A stretch of 33,639 nt of DNA, from positions 1 through 33,639 of the IMG/VR virus record IMGVR_UViG_3300013767_000197; one strand, written 5' to 3'. The notes below the pieces were generated by a model. That model saw only the letters and a program-made list of their open reading frames with translations. It searched no databases and was not told the DNA's origin. The DNA is from a virus. Taxonomy: Duplodnaviria > Caudoviricetes. A program made the translations under genes and the position numbers. Of this stretch, positions 1 through 7,788 are shown piece by piece (within the stretch, counting starts at the first letter, position 1; every line of letters starts with the position of its first letter).

Positions 1-165
1 GAGATGGACCGCGCGATCCTGATGGACGAACGGCAGCAGAACATGGCGACCGCGCCAGTCGAGTGGTCGACCGTCGCCGAACCGCTCGGCGTGCATCTTC
101 AGTTATGGACGCCTCGAAAGGCCAGAGCCGAATTCAAACGCGAGTTTCGGAGGCTGATGACGTGA
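1..165 (+). CDS. C-terminal fragment of probable HD-domain phosphohydrolase (YfdR-like)
   Basis: Frame 1 reads EMDRAILMDERQQNM...LWTPRKARAEFKREFRRLMT*, resembling the C-terminus of phage YfdR-type HD proteins. The stop overlaps the next GTG, and a YfdP/YfdQ-like pair lies nearby. Confidence 0.6.
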   Translation, partial: EMDRAILMDERQQNMATAPVEWSTVAEPLGVHLQLWTPRKARAEFKREFRRLMT

Positions 166-323
166 CCATCCCTTCACCCCGTCCCTTCTTCCAGTTCCTC
201 GCCATGTTCCTGATGGTGCTCTTCATCACCCTCGGGATGGTGGTGGCTGTCTTCGTGTTGACGGTCTTCGCGGTGATCGAGGGGATTGTCGATCGGGTGA
301 AGTTTCGGGGCGCGCCCCGATGA
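162..323 (+). CDS. Small hypothetical membrane protein
   Basis: GTGA overlap with the upstream stop; long hydrophobic stretch FFQFLAMFLMVLFITLGMVVAVFVLTVFAVI; ATGA overlap downstream. Confidence 0.6.
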   Translation: MTIPSPRPFFQFLAMFLMVLFITLGMVVAVFVLTVFAVIEGIVDRVKFRGAPR

Positions 324-427
324 CAGAATTCCGTCGTCACCATCCCTCGACGGAAACGGCCCCGGCAGGGGAGGCCGGCAGCTTCCATGCAACTGCCGGG
401 GCCGCAACTATTCGGGTGCGCGGATGA
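320..427 (+). CDS. 35-aa hypothetical protein (MTEFRRHHPSTETAPAGEAGSFHATAGAATIRVRG)
   Basis: ATGA overlaps at both ends suggest translational coupling. Not in the ORF track. Confidence 0.4.
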   Translation: MTEFRRHHPSTETAPAGEAGSFHATAGAATIRVRG

Positions 428-636
428 AGGCAAAGCCCGGGTTCTTCATCGATCCGCCCGCGACGCTGCTGCGCAAGCCAACGGCTGCGCCGACGGTCAG
501 GCCTGCCGAATGCATCGCCATCGCGCTCACAGCAGCGCAGTGGAAGCCCGGACACATCATGGACCCTGACGGCGACATTGTGCGGCTCGTGCTGCAGTCG
601 CTCGACCGTGAGGGCTGGAAGTTCGAACCGAAGTAG
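424..636 (+). CDS. Hypothetical phage protein
   Basis: Coupled start; fills the early operon. Confidence 0.55.
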   Translation: MKAKPGFFIDPPATLLRKPTAAPTVRPAECIAIALTAAQWKPGHIMDPDGDIVRLVLQSLDREGWKFEPK

Positions 637-654
637 CAACAGGAGGAGACTGGA

Positions 655-972
655 ATGCGACTGATCACTGACATTTTGCGTGAGTACCGCAATGGCCGTG
701 CCGCGGACTTGGCAAGCCGGAAGCTTGCCGAGCTTGTGCAGGCGGTCGACGAAACCGGTAAGGGCGGTTCGCTGACGATCACCATCAAGGTGAAGCCGGA
801 AAACGGTGGCGGCTCACAAAAGACGCTCGCCTGCGAAGTCAAGGCGAAGATGCCCGAGGCCGCGCTCGCCGAGGCGATTTTCTTCTCGGACGACGAAGGC
901 GCGCTGCATCGCTCCGACCCAACGCAGCGCGAAATGTTTACCGAGGCCGGCGCTCGCGCCGCTTCACAGTAA
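655..972 (+). CDS. Conserved phage protein, YfdP-like partner of DUF2303
   Basis: Strong RBS AGGAGGAG; motif LAELVQAVDETGKGGSLTITIKVKP; directly upstream of the DUF2303-like gene. Confidence 0.75.
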   Translation: MRLITDILREYRNGRAADLASRKLAELVQAVDETGKGGSLTITIKVKPENGGGSQKTLACEVKAKMPEAALAEAIFFSDDEGALHRSDPTQREMFTEAGARAASQ

Positions 973-1015
973 CCCGCCCCATCACTCTAACCAATTTGGA
1001 TTCACGGAGAGGTTG

Positions 1016-1822
1016 ATGTCGAACGAAGCCGAAACAGTTGCCGAACTCGCGCGTAAGGCTCAAGGCGCGCCGCAGGTCGTCACCACGCCGAGCGGTCGCG
1101 AATACCTGATCGTCCCTGGCGGCCACAGCACCAGCGAGGTCACGCCCGCGCACAAGCAGGACGTCATCCTGCCCAAGAGCATCAAACAGGCCGTGACGCT
1201 GCAGAATGCGGACGCCCTGATAGCCTATCTTAATCGCTTCAAACGCGAGGCCTCGATCCTGTTCGCTGACGTCGCGGAGAGCCGCATCGTCAGCCTGATC
1301 GATTACCATGCCAAAGACAAAGCGGAGCTTGTCGAGCACCGCGCCACGCTCGCGTTGCCGTTCTCCGAGGAGTGGAAGACGTGGTCGGGCATCAATGGCC
1401 AGCTCAAGCCGCAGCTGGAATTCGCCCGCTTCATCGAGGAGAACGCGCCCGACATTAAAGCGCCCGATGCAGGCTCTCTACTTGAAGCTGTGCGCGACCT
1501 GCAGGCGCGCCGCAGCGTCAACTTCATCCAGGCCGTGCGCACCGCCAGCGACAACGAAAGCTTCGAGTTCAACGACAATACCGAGGCGCGCACCAAGGGC
1601 GATCTGGAGCTTCCCACCAAATTCATGCTCTCGATCCCAGTCTATTTCGGTGATCCCGATGTTGAGGTTCCGGCCTTCCTGCGATGGAAGCTGGAAGACG
1701 GCAAGCTGATGCTGGGCATCAAGCTGCACCGCGCCGAGCACGTTCGTCAGGCGGCGTTTCAGCTGATCGTCACCGACGCCACGGAGAAGACAGGCGTCAT
1801 GGCTGTCTTCGGCAAGATCTGA
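1016..1822 (+). CDS. DUF2303 (YfdQ-like) phage protein
   Basis: RBS GGAGAGG before ATG 1016; motifs IDYH, HRATL, SEEWKTW, QLEFARFIEEN, LPTKFMLSIPVY. Confidence 0.85.
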   Translation: MSNEAETVAELARKAQGAPQVVTTPSGREYLIVPGGHSTSEVTPAHKQDVILPKSIKQAVTLQNADALIAYLNRFKREASILFADVAESRIVSLIDYHAKDKAELVEHRATLALPFSEEWKTWSGINGQLKPQLEFARFIEENAPDIKAPDAGSLLEAVRDLQARRSVNFIQAVRTASDNESFEFNDNTEARTKGDLELPTKFMLSIPVYFGDPDVEVPAFLRWKLEDGKLMLGIKLHRAEHVRQAAFQLIVTDATEKTGVMAVFGKI

Positions 1823-1829
1823 AGCGATC

Positions 1830-2057
1830 ATGGCCGCGCCGCATCGTAAGCGCCCGAACCGAATTCGCGAACTGCGCGAGCGCGTACAGGAGCTCGTCCG
1901 CCAGCGGATGGGGACCGGGATCATCTGCCCGCAATGCGGCGCGTCTTATGCCACGTACAGCGACAAATGCAGCGCTGATCTCGATGAGCGTTGCCCCGGA
2001 TTCAATGCCGTCGATCTCGTCCAGATGCGCGCGGAAAAGGAAGTGGGGCTTACGTGA
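1830..2057 (+). CDS. Hypothetical protein with CxxC...C...C possible zinc site
   Basis: CPQC..KC..RC pattern; operon position. Confidence 0.6.
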   Translation: MAAPHRKRPNRIRELRERVQELVRQRMGTGIICPQCGASYATYSDKCSADLDERCPGFNAVDLVQMRAEKEVGLT

Positions 2058-2224
2058 CACCCGAGCAGCTCCAGCAATACCGCGACCGCCTCAAGGTCGG
2101 ACGCCAACCACAAAGCAAGTGGTCGGAAAACCCGCACCCGCGCGGCTGGAATGACGCGCTCGAATTCGCCGAGCGGACGCTGAAGGAAGTCCTGGGGGAG
2201 GAAGCCGATGCCCCGGGGACCTAG
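2054..2224 (+). CDS. Hypothetical phage protein
   Basis: GTGA overlap; contains RGWNDAL, typical of small phage proteins. Confidence 0.55.
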   Translation: MTPEQLQQYRDRLKVGRQPQSKWSENPHPRGWNDALEFAERTLKEVLGEEADAPGT

Positions 2225-2594
2225 ATGGACCCACCCAGACCTTGTGCGCCTGTTTCACATGCGCAGGCGGCTAGGCATGACCTGGGACGCGATTGCACTC
2301 GCTCTCAGGCGTCCCAGCGGCAATGCGTGCTGCTGGGCCTACGGCCACCATCAGGATGAATTTCCGGATGATGCTCCGGTCGGAGAACCTGCGCCGGTTT
2401 GCCCGGACTGGGCGCGGCCGCTGCCGCTCTCGGCCCGCAGGGCGCTCGCCGAGCCCGTCAAGCGCCCGCGCTACTTCTCGGAAATCGACGCCGACATCAT
2501 CGGCCGGATCGCACGGCAGGGCATCACAGCCGGATTCCTCGGCGATCCTCCACCTGGCCGCTCCGCCCTCGATCAACGCGAGGCTTGCAAGTGA
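2208..2594 (+). CDS. Putative HTH/Myb-like (GcrA-like N-terminus) DNA-binding protein
   Basis: WTHPDLVRLFHMRRRLGMTWDAIALALRR; C-terminal GDPPPGRSALD motif; RBS GGAGGA. Confidence 0.6.
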   Translation: MPRGPRWTHPDLVRLFHMRRRLGMTWDAIALALRRPSGNACCWAYGHHQDEFPDDAPVGEPAPVCPDWARPLPLSARRALAEPVKRPRYFSEIDADIIGRIARQGITAGFLGDPPPGRSALDQREACK

Positions 2595-2700
2595 CACACT
2601 TTCCCACAATCCCAGCCTGTCACGTCATGGCGATTTCGTCGCCTCGCGAGGGGCGGGATGTCTGTCTTTCTCCCCGCTGTAAGGATTTTCCACAGGCGCC

Positions 2701-3861
2701 ATGTCGATAATCAAGCGACGATACACGGCCAATTTCACGACCATCGGCAATGTGCTGTTCGAGGATGAGCGGCTGGCCGCCGATGAGGTCGGCATTTTGG
2801 CATACCTGCGCTCGCGCCCGCATGATTGGGAGGTTCGCCGGCCCGCGCTCGCACGCCGCTGGAGAATGGGGCGTGACGCCATCAAACGGGTGATCGCCAG
2901 CCTGGTGCGCACCGGCTGGTGCATCGCGCGCCGTGAGCGCAACCCCGACGGCACGTTCTACATGATCTATGAAATCCGGGATGAGCCCGGGCCGACGCTG
3001 ACCGACGAAGAGGTCAGGCGGGCTTTGTCGCTGGTGTCCAGCGAGGCTGCGTCTGATGAATCCGACGTCATCGTTTCGCCCCCGAGCCTGCCTGATACCG
3101 GCGAACCACCTACGCCTTACCCGTCGCTGGCTGACCCGTCGCCGGGTGAGGCGGTGGTGGCCAATATAAGTATACTAAACAAGGATTTACCAAGGACGGA
3201 TTCTACCCAAAAACCTGAGAGAGAGGGCGCGCGTGCGCGTGAGAAGCACGCCCTCAATCTGGCCGAGTTCAAGCGGCGATGGCCGACGAACGCCAGCGAT
3301 GATCAGGCCCGGGTTGATCGTGCGTGGTACGGGCTTACGAACGAGGAAGGCGAGGACGCGCTCGCCGGCATCGCGCCGTTCCTGGACAACCAGAAGCGGC
3401 TTGGCAGGAAGCACCCGCCCGCCGGCTTCACCTACATCGAACAGAAGCGCTGGACGCTGCTCGAGCAAAAGGCGGCGACTCCATCGGCGTCGCAATTCGC
3501 TGGCGATAGTCCCGAAGGCAAGGCCATCACGCTGCTGTTCGATCTCGCCGGCAAGGGCGATTTCTTCCGCAGGGCAGTCTACCGCAACGGCGTGATCTAC
3601 TGGCGCGCCGAGGTGACGCCGCAGCTGCGCGCGCTCGCCGACGTGAAGCCTCGCGCCGAATGGCGTCGGCTCACGCATCAACAGGCCGGCGCATGGAACA
3701 ACTTCATCGGTGACCGCTTCGGTGACGTGCCGTTCATGCGCCTGTCGGAAGGCTCGATCGCGCCGGACTCCTGGCCACCCAAGAAAGACGGTTCATGGTC
3801 TCCGACAGAAGGCCCAACCGAAGACGATCTCGCTGTACTCGCAAACGAAGGCCAAAGGTGA
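2701..3861 (+). CDS. Phage replication initiator (N-terminal winged HTH)
   Basis: NFTTIGNVLFEDERL..GILAYLRSRPHDW..GRDAI motif; Pro-rich linker followed by an AT-rich tract. Confidence 0.75.
   Translation: MSIIKRRYTANFTTIGNVLFEDERLAADEVGILAYLRSRPHDWEVRRPALARRWRMGRDAIKRVIASLVRTGWCIARRERNPDGTFYMIYEIRDEPGPTLTDEEVRRALSLVSSEAASDESDVIVSPPSLPDTGEPPTPYPSLADPSPGEAVVANISILNKDLPRTDSTQKPEREGARAREKHALNLAEFKRRWPTNASDDQARVDRAWYGLTNEEGEDALAGIAPFLDNQKRLGRKHPPAGFTYIEQKRWTLLEQKAATPSASQFAGDSPEGKAITLLFDLAGKGDFFRRAVYRNGVIYWRAEVTPQLRALADVKPRAEWRRLTHQQAGAWNNFIGDRFGDVPFMRLSEGSIAPDSWPPKKDGSWSPTEGPTEDDLAVLANEGQR
3091..3245. other. Candidate phage replication origin inside the initiator gene
   Basis: Degenerate 15-bp units (CCGTCGCTGGCTGAC, CCGTCGCCGGGTGAG) followed by AT-rich CCAATATAAGTATACTAAACAAGGATTTAC; lambda-O-like layout. 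Confidence 0.5.
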
Positions 3862-3868
3862 GGGAACG

Positions 3869-4426
3869 ATGCTGATGAAAATCGGGGACTTTGTCGGTTA
3901 TGTCGAGCAGCCGGCCGTCTCGGCTCCGATGCCGAAACTCTGGTATTTGCTGCGACTGCATCCGAACTATGACCTGAAGGCCGAGCGGCAACTGCATGAG
4001 CACAACGTCTCCGTGTACGTCCCCAAGGAAAAGCGCCTGATGAAAAGCGTCTGGGGTCGCAAGGTGCTGCGCGACATTCCGATCTTCTCGGGCGCCATGT
4101 TCGTGCCCGACTTCGACGCCGACCTCGCTCGTCTCAAGCGCCTGACAGCTGGCATCGGTGGCTTTGTGCGGTCTGGCGATCGCGTGTTGACCATCAGTCT
4201 CGACTGGATGGAGCGGATACGCAGGTTCGAAGCGAGGCTGCAGTCGGCCGCAGGCAGCCGGCGATTCAGCATCGGTCAGTCCGTGCGCTTCGTCGGCGGT
4301 CAATTCGACATGTGGGAAGGTAAGGTCGAGCGGCTTGACAGCCACCATAGACTCAGGGTTTTGATCAGCATATTGGAGCGCGAGGTCCCGGTCGAAGTCG
4401 ACGAGGACCAGATCGAAGCGGTATAG
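3869..4426 (+). CDS. NusG-family transcription antiterminator (NGN + KOW), probable late-gene activator
   Basis: WYLLRLHPNYD..VYVP..PIFSGAMFV NGN domain; FSIGQSVRFVGGQFDMWEGKV KOW motif; occupies the lambda Q position. Confidence 0.9.
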   Translation: MLMKIGDFVGYVEQPAVSAPMPKLWYLLRLHPNYDLKAERQLHEHNVSVYVPKEKRLMKSVWGRKVLRDIPIFSGAMFVPDFDADLARLKRLTAGIGGFVRSGDRVLTISLDWMERIRRFEARLQSAAGSRRFSIGQSVRFVGGQFDMWEGKVERLDSHHRLRVLISILEREVPVEVDEDQIEAV

Positions 4427-4520
4427 CGCCAAAGGCGTGACAACGCTGAGATGGGAAGCAGCAGCTTCCGGCGCAGGGGCAATCTCCACAGCGGAGATTG
4501 TCCCATTAGAATCTTGAGTG

Positions 4521-4550
4521 GCCCCGGCATAGTCCGGGGCTTTTGCATTT
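4521..4550 (+). terminator. Intrinsic terminator
   Basis: GCCCCGG-catagt-CCGGGGC followed by TTTTGCATTT. Confidence 0.8.
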
Positions 4551-4642
4551 AGGGTACAGGCCCTGCATGGGCGTGCACACACCGTTCACCTATAGAGCGG
4601 ATATCTGAACAGAGGAGGTCGCCATGTAACCATGGAGACCAC

Positions 4643-4680
4643 AGGCCCAGCCCGCCGCGCGGTGCTGGGCCTTTCTGTTT
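4643..4680 (+). terminator. Intrinsic terminator
   Basis: AGGCCCAGC...GCTGGGCCT stem followed by TTCTGTTT. Confidence 0.75.
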
Positions 4681-4715
4681 CAACATAGGTTGTGCGGTAG
4701 CGCCCTCGCGCTATC

Positions 4716-4790
4716 GTTGCCCTCCTTGGGGCGTTTCCTCCCTAGACTGGGAAGGCCTGCATGCCCTTGGGCATAGGCCTTCCCCCTTTA
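4716..4790 (+). ncRNA. suhB / MmgR (alpha-r8)-like small RNA
   Basis: CCCTCCTTGGGGCG-TTTCCTCCCT-AGACT core (decamer 4734-4743) followed by a strong hairpin GGGAAGGCCT/AGGCCTTCCC (4749-4784). Matches my recollection of the family core. Confidence 0.7.
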
Positions 4791-4862
4791 GGTGATGTGA
4801 TCCACTTCGAAACAAAGTTTCGGAACGCTCGCGGCGATGCAAGGGAGGAGGGGGGGGGTGTT

Positions 4863-4910
4863 GGGTCCTTCCCCGACCTCTCCACGCTGCGAGTAATTCG
4901 AACCCCGACC
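4863..4910 (+). other. Candidate cos site (cosQ + cosN-like)
   Basis: GGGTCCT (identical to lambda cosQ) at 4863-4869, then about 22 bp to CTGCG-AGTAATTCGAAC-CCCGA, just upstream of the small terminase of a GpA-type phage. Confidence 0.6.
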
Positions 4911-4935
4911 TTTCGCTAGCCGAAATGGAAAAAAG

Positions 4936-4989
4936 CTGACCTGACACCCCTGACAACCATGAACCAGACACCTGACACAACGCCTGACG
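4936..4989 (+). repeat. Cluster of CCTGACA-like direct repeats across the terS start
   Basis: CCTGACA at 4940, 4949, 4971; CCAGACA at 4964; CCTGACG at 4983; CTGAC at 4936. Confidence 0.65.
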
Positions 4990-5558
4990 GCCTCTGGGTC
5001 AGCGGTTCGGAGTTGGCAAAGCTCAAAGGCGTTACGAAACAGACGGTTTCGGAAAAGATCGCCCGGCTGGTCGACGCTGGAAAGCTGGAAGTCAGGCCCG
5101 GCAAGGGCAACGCGAAGCTGATCAACGTCGCCGCTTACGATCGCGCGGTCGGAGAGATCACGGACCTTTCGCGCCAGCAGGGTGCTCAGACCAAGGCCGC
5201 GGCGACTGACACGGCCACGCCGCGCGACCCGACTTTCACGAAGCACCAGGCCGACAAGGCAGGTTATGAGGCCGAGCTAAAGCGGCTTGATCTCGAAGAA
5301 CGGCTCGGCCGGCTGCGGTCGGTCGACGAAATCGAAGCTGCTGCGATCGTATGCGGTGAGACGATCGTCCGGCTGGTCGAGCAGCTCGCGCTGCGGGCGG
5401 ACGAGATCGCGGCGGCCGTTGCCAAGGATGGGGTGACCGGCGCGCGTTCCGCGCTGAAGGCGATCCAGTTCGATCTGCGTTCCAAGGTCGCCGAAGCATT
5501 CACGGTATTGGCCGCCGGCGCCGACGCGCCGCGAGCCTCGGAGAACGACACACAATGA
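4959..5558 (+). CDS. Terminase small subunit (Nu1-like)
   Basis: N-terminal HTH SGSELAKLKGVTKQTVS; coiled coil AELKRLDLEERLGRL; ATGA overlap with terL. Confidence 0.85.
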   Translation: MNQTPDTTPDGLWVSGSELAKLKGVTKQTVSEKIARLVDAGKLEVRPGKGNAKLINVAAYDRAVGEITDLSRQQGAQTKAAATDTATPRDPTFTKHQADKAGYEAELKRLDLEERLGRLRSVDEIEAAAIVCGETIVRLVEQLALRADEIAAAVAKDGVTGARSALKAIQFDLRSKVAEAFTVLAAGADAPRASENDTQ

Positions 5559-7582
5559 CGGTTCGACGTTCAGCTCTGGCGCTGATCGCCTTGACGCTGG
5601 CCGGCATCGTCACGCCGCCAGTGCCGATGCGGCCTTCAGCCTGGGCGGAAGCGAATTTTGTTTTGCCCGACGGCGATCTGAAGGGGCAGCTGATCAAGCT
5701 GTCGCAGACGCCTCATCTGATCGAGCCGCTCGACGCCGTCGGCCCGGACGATCTCGACAACGAAGTCGCGGTGATGAAATGCGCGCAAAGCGCTTTCACC
5801 ACAATGCTGCAGATGTCGATCGGCCATTCGATCGACCGCGATCCCTGCGACATGATGGTGGTGCAGCCGACCGATTCCGCGCTGACCGACTTCAACTCGC
5901 AGAAGCTTGGCCGCGCGATCGAAGGCTCGCCGATTTTGAGCAGGAAGGTTCGGCCGCAGGTCGGGCGTTCCGGCACGGCGTCGACCACCTATGAGAAGAA
6001 ATTTCCGGGCGGCGCGCTGTTTCTCGCGCTCGCCACGTCGTCTGCGGATCTTCGCTCCAAGACGATCAAGAAAGCGTTCTGCGATGAGATCGACGAGTAC
6101 CCTGATGATCTAAACGAGCAGGGCGATCCGCTCGACATGATCAAGGCGCGGCAGATTTCGTTCCTGCGCCCTGGCACCTGGAAGCGGGTCTATATCTCGA
6201 CGCCGACGATCAAGGGCTCGTCAAAGATCGAGACCAAGTTCGAAGGCGGCGATCAGCGCCACTGGACGATGACGTGTCCGCACTGCGGTGACACGAATCT
6301 GCGTTTCGATTGGGGCAAGAGCTTTCAGTACAACCCCGAGCCGCCTTACAACGCGCACTATGTGCCGTCGTGCTGTGGCGTCGTTATCGAGGGCTGGCAG
6401 AAATTCGACGTGTATCTGACCGGCCGATGGGTGCCGACGAAGCCCGGTCCGGGTCGATACAAGAGCTATTTCTTCGGCGGTTTGTGCGCGCCGTTCGTGC
6501 CCTGGGATGCGGTTGCCAAGGACGCATGCGATGCGGGGGACAATCCGACCAAGCTGAAGACGTTCTACAACCTCACGCTCGGCCTGCCTTACGAGGTCAA
6601 GGTCAATCTGGTCGACACCGCGCTGCTCCTCGCGCGCCGCGAAACTGAGTTGAAGCGCGGCCATGTTGCGCCGCAGGGACTGATCCTCACCGGGTATGCC
6701 GACGTGCAGATGCGCGGCATGTGGTTTTCTATCGTCGCGCACGCGCCGAACCGCGAAAAGTGGCTGGTCGATGCGCAGTACATCGACGGCGACACCGCCG
6801 ACATGAACGGTGAAGCCTGGCAGACGCTGATCCGCGAAACCGTCGACCGGGAGTTTCCCGACGCTTTCGGGGGAAAGCGCAAGCTCGATGCTCTGGGCAT
6901 AGATTCCGGCTACCGGACTCATGTCGTGTACGCCAAGGTCAGGCAGTCGCAGCGGCTGAATCCCATGACCGGCCGCGAGGTTATCCTGGCGACGAAGGGC
7001 TTGCAGGGCTGGGGCCGGCCGCCGATTGGCCAGCCGGTGCTCGTCGACATCAACCTGGATGGAAAGAAGATCAAGCAGGGCGTGAAGGTCTGGGGCATCG
7101 GCACCTGGCCGCTGAAGGCAGCTCATTACACAGACCTGAATACTGCGAAGGCTCCGGACCAATTGACCTATCCGCCCGGCTATTTCCACCACGGCGATTG
7201 GGTCGACGAGGTCTACTTCAAGCAGATCACAGCCGAAACTCTGCAGAAGTTCAAATCGCGCAGCGGCACCACAGTCAGCAAGTGGGTGCCGCATGGGCCG
7301 AACCACTTCCTCGATTGCTGCGTGGGAAATCACGCATTGTTCGAGTACCTCGGCGGATCGTCATCAACGCCGGAGCAGTGGGCGGCGTTGGCTACAGCGC
7401 GCGGCCTTCCGCCGGAATTGTCGACGGTCGATATCTTCACGCCGCCCAAGAGCGCGAACGTCGTCGAGATCGCGAAGGCCGAGGAGGCCATCGCAAAGCG
7501 TAAGGCGGAGGAGCGCAAGGCCGTGCCCGAAATGAGCGATGCCGCGCGCGAATGGCTCGATGGATACGAGGTTAGCATCTGA
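5555..7582 (+). CDS. Terminase large subunit, GpA family
   Basis: PSAWAE, KCAQ Walker A-like, FCDEIDEYP Walker B, ISTPTIKG, CPHC, DVQ, IDSGY, NHFLDC motifs. Confidence 0.95.
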   Translation: MTVRRSALALIALTLAGIVTPPVPMRPSAWAEANFVLPDGDLKGQLIKLSQTPHLIEPLDAVGPDDLDNEVAVMKCAQSAFTTMLQMSIGHSIDRDPCDMMVVQPTDSALTDFNSQKLGRAIEGSPILSRKVRPQVGRSGTASTTYEKKFPGGALFLALATSSADLRSKTIKKAFCDEIDEYPDDLNEQGDPLDMIKARQISFLRPGTWKRVYISTPTIKGSSKIETKFEGGDQRHWTMTCPHCGDTNLRFDWGKSFQYNPEPPYNAHYVPSCCGVVIEGWQKFDVYLTGRWVPTKPGPGRYKSYFFGGLCAPFVPWDAVAKDACDAGDNPTKLKTFYNLTLGLPYEVKVNLVDTALLLARRETELKRGHVAPQGLILTGYADVQMRGMWFSIVAHAPNREKWLVDAQYIDGDTADMNGEAWQTLIRETVDREFPDAFGGKRKLDALGIDSGYRTHVVYAKVRQSQRLNPMTGREVILATKGLQGWGRPPIGQPVLVDINLDGKKIKQGVKVWGIGTWPLKAAHYTDLNTAKAPDQLTYPPGYFHHGDWVDEVYFKQITAETLQKFKSRSGTTVSKWVPHGPNHFLDCCVGNHALFEYLGGSSSTPEQWAALATARGLPPELSTVDIFTPPKSANVVEIAKAEEAIAKRKAEERKAVPEMSDAAREWLDGYEVSI

Positions 7583-7788
7583 TGTCGGTACTGACGCAGA
7601 GCGATATCGACAAACTGAAGAGGGCGATCTCCCGTGGCGTGCTCAAGGTGCGTTATGACAACGAGGAAGTGACCTATCAGTCGGTCGACCAGATGCTGAA
7701 GGCGCTCGCCTTTGCCGAGGCTGAGCTCGCCGGCAGCTCGTCCCCGCGCAACACGCCGTCGACCCTGGCCGTATTCGGACGCGACTGA
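7582..7788 (+). CDS. gpW-like head-tail joining protein
   Basis: 68 aa between terL and portal; DIDKLKRAISRGVLKVRYDNEEVTYQS. Confidence 0.85.
   Translation: MSVLTQSDIDKLKRAISRGVLKVRYDNEEVTYQSVDQMLKALAFAEAELAGSSSPRNTPSTLAVFGRD

Noticed and set aside
806-4426. Upstream starts at 806 and 3710 in the ORF track
   Set aside because: They overlap preceding genes; RBS-supported starts are at 1016 and 3869.
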